Shown here in pieces: positions 38,361-48,404 of a stretch of 62,545 nucleotides of DNA. Source of the DNA: Coriobacteriales bacterium. GTDB taxonomy: Bacteria; Actinomycetota; Coriobacteriia; Coriobacteriales; UMGS124. The stretch spans positions 1 to 62,545 of the forward strand of contig JAFWFL010000025.1 of NCBI GenBank assembly GCA_017515595.1. Direction: 5' to 3'. Both the position numbers and the translations under genes were made by a program. Under the pieces are notes generated by a model that saw only the letters and a program-made list of their open reading frames with translations, searched no databases and was not told the origin of the DNA. Within the stretch, counting starts at the first letter, position 1. Every line of letters starts with the position of its first letter.

Positions 38361-39368
38361 TTAGACGTTCGCCTTAAGGCGTGCTTCTATTAGTGCTACC
38401 AAATTACCGCGTATAGCGCCCGCCACTGCGAGTGTTCCGTTTTTGACAGCCTCGGGAGAAGTTGCACCGTGACCTATAACAACCGCGCCCTTCAGTCCCA
38501 AAAGAATTGCGCCGCCATAAGCATCTCCGCTCAGCTGGTCTCTGATATCGGAGAAAGCAGGCTTTAAAATTCCTGCTGCAATCTTTTTAACAATCGAGTC
38601 CTCGATTGCTCCTTTAATGCTCCCGAGCATAAACTTTGCTGTTGCTTCTACGGCTTTAACCGCAACGTTACCGGTAAAACCGTCTGATACCAATACATCA
38701 AAAGAGTCCGAGAAGAGATCTGTGCTTTCGCCGTTACCAACAAAATTGGGAACATTCTGCTCGAGAAGCGCGCAGGCTTCTTGTGCAAAAGACGAGCCTT
38801 TTGCACGCTCGGTTCCTATGTTGAGCAATCCTACTTTTGGCTCCTTAACGCCAAGCATAACGTTTGCATAAGCGCTTCCCATATGAGCAAACTGCGCAAG
38901 ATACTCGGGCTTGCAGTCTGCATTTGCGCCAAGGTCAAGTACAACGGTTGGGGTCTTACCGGGGAACACTACCGTCAAAGCGGGCCTCTCGACACCGGAG
39001 ATTCTTCCTATACCCAAAGTAGCTGCCGCAAGGATTGCTCCTGTTGACCCGGCCGAGAAAAACCCGCCGGCTTCACCTGATTTTACAAGTTTGCATCCCT
39101 GCACAATGCTCGAATCACGTTTTGACCTGACCGCTTCTGCCGGATGCTCCCCCATCTCAATAACCTGCGAGCATGCATGTGCGCTTACACGTCCCTCGTG
39201 CTTTTGTGCAAACGGTTCTACAATCTCGGGAAGACCCGTTACAACAACATTAAGGTCGTTGTCTTCTGCAAGTGCAGCTTCTATTCCTTCAAGAACAACA
39301 GACGCAGGTTTGTCGCCTCCGCAGGCATCAACGCAAACCGACACCTTTTTGTCTTCAGTTTCACTCAT
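38361..39368 (-). CDS. plsX: Phosphate acyltransferase PlsX
   Basis: DACGGD, SAGSTGA, RPAL, DLGANAD, LLNIGTE, DGFTGN, HG. Confidence 0.95.
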   Translation of the reverse strand: MSETEDKKVSVCVDACGGDKPASVVLEGIEAALAEDNDLNVVVTGLPEIVEPFAQKHEGRVSAHACSQVIEMGEHPAEAVRSKRDSSIVQGCKLVKSGEAGGFFSAGSTGAILAAATLGIGRISGVERPALTVVFPGKTPTVVLDLGANADCKPEYLAQFAHMGSAYANVMLGVKEPKVGLLNIGTERAKGSSFAQEACALLEQNVPNFVGNGESTDLFSDSFDVLVSDGFTGNVAVKAVEATAKFMLGSIKGAIEDSIVKKIAAGILKPAFSDIRDQLSGDAYGGAILLGLKGAVVIGHGATSPEAVKNGTLAVAGAIRGNLVALIEARLKANV

Positions 39369-39413
39369 ATACATCCCGCTTTCGCCGTGATCTTGTGGTC
39401 ACATTATACCAAT

Positions 39414-39444
39414 AAAGCCGACACCCCAACAGGTTGCCGGCTTT
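39414..39444 (-). terminator. Probable terminator after rpmF
   Basis: AAAGCCG...CGGCTTT hairpin. Confidence 0.5.
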
Positions 39445-39469
39445 AACAGTCTTGCTATTGCCCAAAAAA

Positions 39470-39649
39470 CTAGTCGACAATAATAACCTGACGACCCTTA
39501 TAGTAACCGCAATTTGGGCATACATGGTGATCAAGACGAGGAGCACCACACTGAGGGCATGGTGTTGTCTGTACAGGCTTAATCCTGTTATTAGCCGCAC
39601 GACGGTTGTGAGTCCTAATACGGCCCATTTTTCGCTTAGGTACTGCCAT
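39470..39649 (-). CDS. rpmF: 50S ribosomal protein L32 (zinc-ribbon form)
   Basis: MAVPKRK...CPQC...HHVCPNCGYY. Confidence 0.96.
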   Translation of the reverse strand: MAVPKRKMGRIRTHNRRAANNRIKPVQTTPCPQCGAPRLDHHVCPNCGYYKGRQVIIVD

Positions 39650-39806
39650 GGTAAACCTTTCAAATTCTCGATACGCCTGTCTTGCACAGGGATACTCTAC
39701 ATGCAATATTTAATTGTACTCAAAAGAATCCTCTTTTGCATGTACAAAATACATTCACAGTGCTGCTTCACAGGTTATGCATTAAATTGTGAAGCAACAC
39801 CATAAT

Positions 39807-40370
39807 TTATAGTTTGAGCGAGTTCAAAACCGCAAACGGACTCGCTTCTTTTTTAGCTTCCTCAGCCTTTTGTGAACAAGAACACGTTTCTTCATTGAGA
39901 TTACAGCCGCATACCGGGCAAAGGCCTTTGCAGTCTTCATCACAAAGAACAATGTACGGGAGCTCCATATATACGGCGCCAACAACCGCTTCTGAGAGAT
40001 CGATTCTGCCGTTGACTTCATCTATGAGACCAAAGTCCTGGTCATCATCCATCTCGTCTTCGCTTGGGAGCTCGTGCACATAGTAACAGGTGACTTCTGC
40101 AGCAAGATCAAACTGAGCATCGCCCAAACACCTGTCGCATGTGGTATTAACGTGACCCCTCACAGTGCCGGCTGCCAAAATACCTTCGCCTGCATGAGTC
40201 AGCGCAATATCATAATGGAGTCCGTCTTCAAAGAGAAACTCCCGGCCACCCAAAACGAGCCCATCTATATTGAGCGTCCCCTGCGTATCAAAGGTATCGC
40301 CGGGACTTACAAGATGGGTTGCAAGCGCAACATAAATTGGAGGTACATCCGCAGCATTACATACGGTCAT
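39807..40370 (-). CDS. DUF177/YceD-family protein
   Basis: CDRC and LCDEDCKGLCPVCG motifs; upstream of rpmF; start uncertain (40370 or 40415). Confidence 0.88.
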   Translation of the reverse strand: MTVCNAADVPPIYVALATHLVSPGDTFDTQGTLNIDGLVLGGREFLFEDGLHYDIALTHAGEGILAAGTVRGHVNTTCDRCLGDAQFDLAAEVTCYYVHELPSEDEMDDDQDFGLIDEVNGRIDLSEAVVGAVYMELPYIVLCDEDCKGLCPVCGCNLNEETCSCSQKAEEAKKEASPFAVLNSLKL

Positions 40371-40893
40371 AACCACGCTCGTCTTGGTTATCCGGCATGG
40401 CTCCGTCATTCTCAAAAGAGCCGCTCAGAAGACTACGACAATAATTGACCTGCTCAAGCATGCTGTTGATGCGGTCAATCATTTGCTGCATCTCGGTAGC
40501 CAGTTTGCCAAAGGTGTCCTCTGCCGAATTCTCTGCCCAGTAACGAATATCGCGGGCGTCCTTCTCGGCCTCACGGCGTACTTCTTCTGCCTCGTTATGA
40601 GCCATACGTACAACTTCCTGCTCGCTCGCAAGCATAAGAGCATGGCTCTTGGCATCCTGAACAATATGCTGAGCTTCAGTCTCAGCCGAGTTCAGAATCT
40701 CATCGCGCTCATGGATAATACGACGAGCCTTTTGGAATTCATCAGGCAGAGAATTCTTGATGTCGTCGAGAATCTCATAAGCAGCTGTAGAATCAATGAT
40801 CTTTTTGGAGCCACCGCCGGAGATAGGGGACTTGGCTTCATTAATGAGGTCTTCAAGTTCCTCTATAAACGCTTCGATCTCGCTGCCGGGCAT
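40357..40893 (-). CDS. Coiled-coil DivIVA/SepIVA-like protein
   Basis: LEDLINEA...LPDE..KA..I..ERDEIL..AE.EA pattern; usual position between coaD and yceD. Confidence 0.65.
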   Translation of the reverse strand: MPGSEIEAFIEELEDLINEAKSPISGGGSKKIIDSTAAYEILDDIKNSLPDEFQKARRIIHERDEILNSAETEAQHIVQDAKSHALMLASEQEVVRMAHNEAEEVRREAEKDARDIRYWAENSAEDTFGKLATEMQQMIDRINSMLEQVNYCRSLLSGSFENDGAMPDNQDERGYDRM

Positions 40894-41031
40894 AAACAAT
40901 CCTTTCTCATCTCGTCTTTTGATCTTTGACGATTCACTTGCATCTTGTTAAACAATGAATGATACCAGAAAATGAGCACATATCAACATTATTTGTGCAT
41001 ATTTTAGAATGAGCATAACATCACACGTTCA

Positions 41032-41556
41032 CTACTTCCGGGCGCCAAAGCGTTTGCGGAGGGCGGCTTCTACGTTGGGGGTTACCAAAAACGAGACGTC
41101 GCCGCCAAAGCTTGCGATTTCGCGAACGGCTGAGCTTGATACATAGCCGTACTCAACGGCGCTCATAACAAAAATTGCTTCAATCTCGGGAGCAAGCATG
41201 TAGTTGAGCTGGGCTTGCTGGAATTCGTATTCAAAGTCGGTAATGGCGCGGAGGCCTTTTACCACAGCGCTTATATCGCCGAGTTCGCGGGCAAAGTCAA
41301 CGAGAAGCCCTTCAAAAGGCATGACAACCACGTTCTCGAGCCCTTCAAGAGCGCAGCGGGCCATTTCCACACGCTGATCGAGCGTGAACGCAGGACCTCC
41401 GCGTTTCTCCTGAGAGGCGGCAACGGCAACAATAACTTCGTCGGCAAGATGGGTCGAGCGTTCTATGACATCTATATGCCCCCTCGTAATGGGGTCATAA
41501 GTACCCGGCACCAAAAGCCTTCTGTACTGTCCCTTTTTGCTTTTTTTGTCACTCAT
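41032..41556 (-). CDS. coaD: Pantetheine-phosphate adenylyltransferase
   Basis: PGTYDPITRGH, KGLR, DFEYE, VSSS. Confidence 0.95.
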   Translation of the reverse strand: MSDKKSKKGQYRRLLVPGTYDPITRGHIDVIERSTHLADEVIVAVAASQEKRGGPAFTLDQRVEMARCALEGLENVVVMPFEGLLVDFARELGDISAVVKGLRAITDFEYEFQQAQLNYMLAPEIEAIFVMSAVEYGYVSSSAVREIASFGGDVSFLVTPNVEAALRKRFGARK

Positions 41557-42199
41557 TGGTGATGTCCTCCTGTTGTGACTCGTCTTCTTGCTGAGGCTCC
41601 GGAACAGCCGTCCAGCGGAAGGTGTCTATAAGCGTTTTGCCGTATACATGCTGCGCTAAGTGGCGATAATGCTGGCTCTCAAGGCCTGATAAGGCTTTTT
41701 GCTGAACCTTTTTTCGCCGAATACCTTCATGTTCATATACAATTAAAGCGCCGTCCTCAAGAAGCTGCGAAGCTTCAAGATCGCACAAAAGACGGCACAC
41801 GTCTTCTTCGCTTGTGGCATACGGCGGGTCCAAAAGAACAACATCAAAAGGTGAACCGGCCACATTTGAACGCTTGGCAACGGTAAATGCATCTGCTTTG
41901 AGCACAACAATACGCTGCTGGCTTACGCCGAGTGTCCTTATGTTTTCTTTTATACAATTAATCGCAACCTGGTTATTATCGAGAAGCGTTGCATGTGCGG
42001 CATCTCTCGATAAGAGCTCAAAAGAAAGCGCGCCCGAGCCGGCAAATGCATCGAGAATACTCATGTCTTCATACGTGCCCCGGTCCGAGAAAATAATGGA
42101 AGATACAGCCTCGCGAACCCGGTCATAGGTTGGACGGGTTGCATCGCCTTCAGGTGTTTTGACAGTGCGGCCGCGCCAGGTGCCCGAGATTATTCTCAT
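41549..42199 (-). CDS. rsmD: 16S rRNA m2G966 methyltransferase
   Basis: MRIISG, TRPT.DRVRE, DAFAGSG, DPPY; ATG overlaps the recG stop. Confidence 0.93.
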   Translation of the reverse strand: MRIISGTWRGRTVKTPEGDATRPTYDRVREAVSSIIFSDRGTYEDMSILDAFAGSGALSFELLSRDAAHATLLDNNQVAINCIKENIRTLGVSQQRIVVLKADAFTVAKRSNVAGSPFDVVLLDPPYATSEEDVCRLLCDLEASQLLEDGALIVYEHEGIRRKKVQQKALSGLESQHYRHLAQHVYGKTLIDTFRWTAVPEPQQEDESQQEDITNE

Positions 42200-44415
42200 C
42201 CGCCACCAACCTCTCTGAATACATCGCCGTACAGGGCGATAATACGATCTTTTATAGGAGCATAACACGCAGAATCAAGATGCGGGTCAATTTTGAGCAT
42301 TTCGCGCACATCTTCGCGTGCAGCAATAATAATAGCCTCGTCCTCAGACACATCAAGGAATTTGAGAGTTGTCTCGCCTGATTGGCGTAATCCCAGAATT
42401 GTTCCTTCCCGCCTGAGCTTTAAGTCTTCTTCTGCGAGTTTAAAACCGTCAGAAGTTTTTTCGAGCGCTTGAAGACGTTCCTTGGCCACCTCGTTAGAGG
42501 TGTTGGCCGCAATGTATACACTACCGCGTGCCGAGCCTCTGCCAACACGTCCACGCAGCTGGTGAAGCTGGGCCAAACCAAACCGTTCGCCGTCTTCTAT
42601 GAGCATAATGGTTGCGTTTGGCACATCAACACCAACTTCAACCACGGTTGTGGATACCAAAACATCAATTTCTCCGGCCTTGAAACTCGACATAATAGAC
42701 GTTTTTTCTTCTGCTTTCATGCGACCGGTTAAAAGCCCCACCCGCGCATCTCTGAACACGGTACGCGAGAGAATCTCGGCCTCCTGCTGAGCGGCTTTTG
42801 CATCAGAGGGGTCTTCGCCTGAAGCAAGTTTTTGCGAAGCAACATCGTTTTGTTCTTCTTGGGAATCGTCTGGTTTGGTTCCTACCAAAGGACAAATAAT
42901 GTAAGCCTGATGCCCGAGAGCAAGCTGTTCTTTTATAGCGTCATAGGCTTGTCCACGGTCATCCTTCTCGATGACATACGTATCTATACCTGCTCCTTGA
43001 ACCGGACGTTCACGCAGGTAGCTGAGATCAAGATCACCATAAAGGGCCAAAGCGAGCGTGCGCGGTATGGGTGTTGCAGTCATGACGAGAAGATCTGCCC
43101 CACGGCCTTTCTCGCGCAAAAGGTGGCGCTGGTTTACGCCAAACCGCTGCTGCTCGTCAATAACCACGAGTGTTAAGCGTTTAAACAAAACATTATCCGA
43201 GAGAAGCGCATGCGTTCCAAACAAAACAGTGATTTTGCCCTCGGCAAGTTTGGGAAGCAAAAGTTTGCGCTGCGAAGCAGGCGTTGCGCCTGTGAGCAAT
43301 GCCCATGAGATACCGCACGCATCAAGAATGGGTCCTATTTTTTGCGCGTATTGTGTTGCCAAAACCGAGGTAGGCGCCATAACGGCAGCTTGCGTTCCGG
43401 TATTTGCAACCGCTGCAAGCGCAAACGTAGCGACCGCAGTTTTACCGGTACCTACATCTCCCAAGACCAAACGGTTCATGGGAACAGGCTTTTTCATATC
43501 ATCAAAGATTTCTGCCACGGCCTGCGCCTGATCCCCCGTCAGTTTAAAAGGCATGGCGTCATAAAGAGCGTCAACATAATTGCCCTCTACCGCATGTGCC
43601 TGAGGGTTCAGTTTGGCAAGTTCTACGTCTTTGCGCACAAAAAGAGCCGTTTGCAAAAGAGCGGTTTCATCATATGCCAAACGTTTGCGCGCCTGCTCAA
43701 GCTCATCTAAGCTTTGCGGAAAATGCAGGTATCTGAACGCGCTCCGTAAGGGCATAAGCCTGCGTTTTGCTCGTAAGCGTGCCGGCCAGATATCGCAAAC
43801 GTCTGCATAATCCTCAATTGCACAAGAAGCAACACGGCGCGCCCACTGAGCCGAGAGACCCTCGGTGGTATGATGTACCGGTAAATACGGCAAACGAATC
43901 TCGGGAGTTGTTTTCTCGGCCAGATTGATCTGGTCTGCGTCATCAAGAACATCGTGAAAAGCGCCGTTCATGCGCTTATAACCATAAGAAAAACTGATTT
44001 TCCCCGAGAAGGCCACGCGCTGCCCCACGGTGAACTGCTTTGTGAGCCACGGCTGGCCAAAATATGATATGACAAGCGTCTCGGTTTGATCCCAAACATA
44101 TACTTCAACAATTGACATTTTGGGACGGGGACGCTTGAGGTTGACTTTACCTACATAAGCAATAACCGTGACTTCTTCGCCCACTTGGGCCTGTGCTATG
44201 CTCGTAACATTTGTAAGATCAATATAGCGGTACGGCATATTGAGCAACTCATCGATTACCTTGTTAACGCCAAGTCTCGCAAACTGGGTAACGCGCTCCC
44301 CTCTTACAAAGCGCAAACGAGAGGCATCTGCCATAAGAGATGCGCTCGACAACAGACGTTTAGCCTGTCTGTCAAACAAAACCTCATTATGGTCAGATGC
44401 CTGCATAGTTGTCAC
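42196..44415 (-). CDS. recG: ATP-dependent DNA helicase RecG
   Basis: Wedge OB fold, GDVGTGKT, TATPIPRT, QLHQLRGRVGR, DGFKLAEEDL. Confidence 0.95.
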   Translation of the reverse strand: MTTMQASDHNEVLFDRQAKRLLSSASLMADASRLRFVRGERVTQFARLGVNKVIDELLNMPYRYIDLTNVTSIAQAQVGEEVTVIAYVGKVNLKRPRPKMSIVEVYVWDQTETLVISYFGQPWLTKQFTVGQRVAFSGKISFSYGYKRMNGAFHDVLDDADQINLAEKTTPEIRLPYLPVHHTTEGLSAQWARRVASCAIEDYADVCDIWPARLRAKRRLMPLRSAFRYLHFPQSLDELEQARKRLAYDETALLQTALFVRKDVELAKLNPQAHAVEGNYVDALYDAMPFKLTGDQAQAVAEIFDDMKKPVPMNRLVLGDVGTGKTAVATFALAAVANTGTQAAVMAPTSVLATQYAQKIGPILDACGISWALLTGATPASQRKLLLPKLAEGKITVLFGTHALLSDNVLFKRLTLVVIDEQQRFGVNQRHLLREKGRGADLLVMTATPIPRTLALALYGDLDLSYLRERPVQGAGIDTYVIEKDDRGQAYDAIKEQLALGHQAYIICPLVGTKPDDSQEEQNDVASQKLASGEDPSDAKAAQQEAEILSRTVFRDARVGLLTGRMKAEEKTSIMSSFKAGEIDVLVSTTVVEVGVDVPNATIMLIEDGERFGLAQLHQLRGRVGRGSARGSVYIAANTSNEVAKERLQALEKTSDGFKLAEEDLKLRREGTILGLRQSGETTLKFLDVSEDEAIIIAAREDVREMLKIDPHLDSACYAPIKDRIIALYGDVFREVGGG

Positions 44416-44422
44416 AATATCG

Positions 44423-46057
44423 CTATTCTATTGAGAAAATAACCGGGTAGAGGGGCTGTTCTCCGCGATGCGGATCAACTTCGATATCAATGTTGTCTTC
44501 TATTTGCTCAACAAGGTTCTCGAGCTCTTCATCGCTAAAATCGCATCCGGCAAGAAGCGTTAACGTATCGCCCTCAACCTCTTTTTGCATGCGCTTTGCA
44601 ACCTCAAGAGCAACCTGGCTTACATCAGAACCAACCACAATAATTGAGTCGTCAGCAATGCCAATAACATCGCCCGCATGAATAGGGGTTCCGTCAGCAG
44701 CTTGCGAATCGCGTACAGCCGTTGTTATTTCGCCGTCATGAACTGCGGTTATCGCACATGACATTGCCTCAATGTTCTGCTCAAGCGTTCCTTCCGGATC
44801 ATAGCTGAACATTGCCGAGAAACCCTGCAAAACACTGCGTGTAAGCACAACGCCAATGGGGAAGTTGGCTGCCGCCGCCGCCGATTGTGCTGCCATAACA
44901 ATGTTTCCGTTGTTGGGAAGCACAATGACCGACTCTGCATGAGCGGCTTGAGCTGCTTCGAGAATATCGGCCGTTGAGGGGTTCATGGTTTGACCGCCCT
45001 CAACTACAACATCCACGCCGAGAGAACGCAGTATCTCAGCGGTACCGCTGCCGGCTGCAACGGCTATGACGCCAAGCGGTTTGCGCGGCTCTTCCATCTT
45101 GTCCTGAGCGATCTTCTCGGTACGCTCTTTAGCTTCCATGTCCATGTTATGAATAAACACGTTATAGATTTGGCCGAGCTCCAGCATGTGTGCAAGCACG
45201 TTGTTGGGAGTATCTGTGTGAACATGAATCTTGTAATCAGGATGATTGCCTACCAAAAGTTCGCAGTCACCCTGCGTAGAAAGGAAGGCGCGTGTTCCGT
45301 CTTCATCAATGGGAGCGTCTGCCCTGAACAAAAACTCCGTGCAATAGCGGTACTCCGAACCCTCCCAGTCATCGTTCAGCTCAATGGCTACGCGGGCATT
45401 CGCGTTGGCACGTGCCATAGCGGCATCTGCGGCGCTAGCGGTAGAAGTACGTCCCTGAATTGCATCAAAGAACGCCTCAAGGAATACCGCAAAACCAAAA
45501 GCGCCGGAGTCAACAACACCGTTTTCTTTAAGCACCGGTAAAAGATCAGGAGTGCGAGCAACCGAGTTATATGCCTCGGCAACCAAAGAATCGAGCGTCT
45601 CAGGAACTTCGAGCTTGCGCTTCTCGGCAGCGTCGGCGCACTTGCTGACATCGCGCAAAACGGTAAGAATAGTACCTTCTACCGGCTTTCGCACCGCCTG
45701 GAAGGCAACCTTGACTGCGCGCCTGAATGCAGCGGCAATCTGAGGGGTTCCGAGGGGCAGGCCGGCTTCTGCGACGCCCTCGGAGAGGCCGCGCAAAATC
45801 TGGCTGGTAATAACACCTGAGTTACCGCGGGCACCCATGAGAGAGCCGTGGGTAATGGCTTTTGCGATAGCCTGGATATCAGCACTTCCGGGAAGCTGCT
45901 CAAGCTCTTTGACCACGGTTGCAAGAGTCAAAGCCATGTTTGTGCCCGTGTCGCCGTCAGGCACCGGGAAAACATTGAGTTTGTTGATTTCTTCGCTTCT
46001 TTGCTTAACCGCTTCTGCGGCAAGTGCAAAACTAGATCGGAGTCGTTTTTCGATCAT
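44423..46057 (-). CDS. DAK2-domain fatty acid kinase subunit (FakA/YloV-like)
   Basis: NVFPVPDGDTGTNM, GARGNSG, YCTE, HVHT, GGQTMNPS. Confidence 0.93.
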   Translation of the reverse strand: MIEKRLRSSFALAAEAVKQRSEEINKLNVFPVPDGDTGTNMALTLATVVKELEQLPGSADIQAIAKAITHGSLMGARGNSGVITSQILRGLSEGVAEAGLPLGTPQIAAAFRRAVKVAFQAVRKPVEGTILTVLRDVSKCADAAEKRKLEVPETLDSLVAEAYNSVARTPDLLPVLKENGVVDSGAFGFAVFLEAFFDAIQGRTSTASAADAAMARANANARVAIELNDDWEGSEYRYCTEFLFRADAPIDEDGTRAFLSTQGDCELLVGNHPDYKIHVHTDTPNNVLAHMLELGQIYNVFIHNMDMEAKERTEKIAQDKMEEPRKPLGVIAVAAGSGTAEILRSLGVDVVVEGGQTMNPSTADILEAAQAAHAESVIVLPNNGNIVMAAQSAAAAANFPIGVVLTRSVLQGFSAMFSYDPEGTLEQNIEAMSCAITAVHDGEITTAVRDSQAADGTPIHAGDVIGIADDSIIVVGSDVSQVALEVAKRMQKEVEGDTLTLLAGCDFSDEELENLVEQIEDNIDIEVDPHRGEQPLYPVIFSIE

Positions 46058-46084
46058 GAGATTCTCCAAAATGGTTCACGGACA

Positions 46085-46447
46085 CTACTTGGTTTCGCGA
46101 ACCTTCATTTGTTCGACATGGACGGTTACCTGGGCGCCTTCTATTTGCGCAATACCTTTAAGCACAAACTGAACGGCATCAACAAGATTGCGTGACACCG
46201 CATTGATGTTCACGCCATACTCTAAAACAACATGCAAGATAACCTCAAGAGACCCGGACTCCAAATGTCTGACTTCGACGCCTTTGCGTAAACGCTGTGC
46301 GGGGAGCAAACCTTGCAAACCCTCCTGAACCGTTGAGGATGTTGAAAGCATGCCCACAACACCATAACACTCTTTGGCAGCATAACCGGCCAAGTCTGCA
46401 ATAACATCGTCAGAGACAACAAGTATGCCTTCATAATTATTTGTCAT
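46085..46447 (-). CDS. Asp23/Gls24-family protein (YloU-like)
   Basis: AGYAAKECYGVVGM, EYGVNI; AAGGAG SD before ATG 46447. Confidence 0.9.
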   Translation of the reverse strand: MTNNYEGILVVSDDVIADLAGYAAKECYGVVGMLSTSSTVQEGLQGLLPAQRLRKGVEVRHLESGSLEVILHVVLEYGVNINAVSRNLVDAVQFVLKGIAQIEGAQVTVHVEQMKVRETK

Positions 46448-46493
46448 GTGCAGCTCCTTCCTTTTTTGAGGTACCTCATTACATAGTAACGTA

Positions 46494-48404
46494 CTAGTAT
46501 ACACCAAGCGCATCATCTATTGTTGAAAATTGTTTGCGATACAGTTGCGCATATAAACCATTCGCATGAACAAGTTCATCATGCGTACCAGATTCAACGA
46601 CATCACCGGCCTGCATAACAATGATCTTATTTGCGTTTCTAATTGTGGAGAGGCGGTGTGCAATCACAAAACTTGTACGTCCCTCCATAAGCGCATCCAT
46701 TGCAAACTGTATGCGCTTCTCGGTACGGGTATCTACGTTTGAGGTAGCCTCGTCCAAAATAAGAAGCGGTCTGTTCGCCAAAACGGCACGCGCTATGGTT
46801 AAAAGCTGGCGTTGTCCCTGTGAAATATTTGAACCGCCCTCGGCAAGCTCGGTGTCATAGCCCTGGGGCAATGCTTTAATAAAAGCGTCGGCCAAGGCTG
46901 CCTGAGCCGCAGCTTCTACTTCTTCATCTGTTGCCCCGAGATTGCCGTAGCGAATATTTTCACGCACCGTACCCGAGAAGAGCCAGGTTTCCTGCAAAAC
47001 CATGCCAAAACAGGTTCTCAGGTCATGTCGGTCATACTCGCGAATATCTACATGATCGAGCATAATATCGCCTTGCTGAGGGTCATAAAACCTCATAAGG
47101 AGCTTGACCAAGGTTGTTTTTCCCGCGCCGGTGGGTCCTACTACAGCTACCGTCTCGCCCGGTTCTACTTCGCAAGTAAAACCGTTAATCACGGGATTTG
47201 CGGCATCATAACCAAACACGACGTCATGGAAATCAACCGCTCCTTCAATTTTTTCCGGGAGCTCCTTTTGTCCGAGGTGCCCTTCAACAACAGTGGGTTC
47301 TTGAGGCGCATCCAAAAGCTCAAAGATACGCTCAGCTGCAGCGGCCATGCTCTGGAACATGTTACCCACCTGGGCAAGCTGGCCCAGCGGCTGGGTGAAG
47401 TTGCGCACATACTGTATGAAAGCCTGAATATCACCCACAGCTATCGAGCCGCCGGCAGCTAGCATAGCGCCGCCTACCGCAACAACCACATATCCAATAT
47501 TGCCGAGCAAACCCATGGCCGGCTGCATAAGACCTGAGATAAACTGGCTCTTCCAGGCAGATTCGTAGAGTTTGCCGTTAATATCGCGGAATTCCTCAAG
47601 CGCCTGCCCCTCGCGTCCGTACGCCCGCACAACGGTATGACCGGCGAATGTCTCCTCTATATGACCGTCTATATGGCCAAGTTCTTGTTGCTGCTGGATA
47701 AAGTACTTTTGAGAACGCGACATAATAAACGCCATGAGGACGCCGCTTATGGGCAAAAGCAACAAGACAACAAGCGTAAGCGGGACAGAAATAGTAAACA
47801 TCATGACAGCAATACCCACAACCGAAACAACCGAGGTAATTAGCTGTGTGGCTGATTGTGTTAGACCCTGACCGAGCGTATCCACATCATTGGTGATGCG
47901 CGAAAGCGTATCGCCAACCTGCGTACCCTCAAAATGTGAGAGCGGAAGGGTATGAATCTTGGCCTCAATGCGTTTGCGAAGGTTGTAACTCACGCGCTGC
48001 GTAATGGTAGCCATCACCCAGCCCTGGACCCACGTTAAAAGTGCGCTGCCAACATATATGATTCCGGCAATCACGAGAATTGTGGCGATTGCCTCAAAGT
48101 TAATACCACCCGTTCCGTCAACCGTTTGTACCAAACCGTTATAAAGCTCTGTTGTGGCAAGACCCAAAACTTTGGGTCCGGCAACAGCAGCAACGGTCGA
48201 TAAAAGCGCGCAAACAATTACAAGGATTAACCTGCTCTTGAATGAGGCGATTTCTGTAATAAGCCTCTTGATAGTACCTTTGAAATCACGTGCTTTTTCG
48301 CCGGGAGCAAAATTACCGTGACCGCGAGGTCTCGAGCGCATGCGTTCACGTTCCTGGCGGCTGCGTTCCAACTCCTGAAGTTCCTTCTCGTCTGCCTGAC
48401 TCAT
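46494..48404 (-). CDS. Heterodimeric ABC exporter subunit (canonical Walker B)
   Basis: TMD plus NBD with GPTGAGKT, ISQGQRQ, LILDE, AHR. Confidence 0.92.
   Translation of the reverse strand: MSQADEKELQELERSRQERERMRSRPRGHGNFAPGEKARDFKGTIKRLITEIASFKSRLILVIVCALLSTVAAVAGPKVLGLATTELYNGLVQTVDGTGGINFEAIATILVIAGIIYVGSALLTWVQGWVMATITQRVSYNLRKRIEAKIHTLPLSHFEGTQVGDTLSRITNDVDTLGQGLTQSATQLITSVVSVVGIAVMMFTISVPLTLVVLLLLPISGVLMAFIMSRSQKYFIQQQQELGHIDGHIEETFAGHTVVRAYGREGQALEEFRDINGKLYESAWKSQFISGLMQPAMGLLGNIGYVVVAVGGAMLAAGGSIAVGDIQAFIQYVRNFTQPLGQLAQVGNMFQSMAAAAERIFELLDAPQEPTVVEGHLGQKELPEKIEGAVDFHDVVFGYDAANPVINGFTCEVEPGETVAVVGPTGAGKTTLVKLLMRFYDPQQGDIMLDHVDIREYDRHDLRTCFGMVLQETWLFSGTVRENIRYGNLGATDEEVEAAAQAALADAFIKALPQGYDTELAEGGSNISQGQRQLLTIARAVLANRPLLILDEATSNVDTRTEKRIQFAMDALMEGRTSFVIAHRLSTIRNANKIIVMQAGDVVESGTHDELVHANGLYAQLYRKQFSTIDDALGVY

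Noticed and set aside
39764-39796. 9-bp inverted repeat between yceD and rpmF
   Set aside because: Short stem with a 15-nt loop; too weak to assign a function
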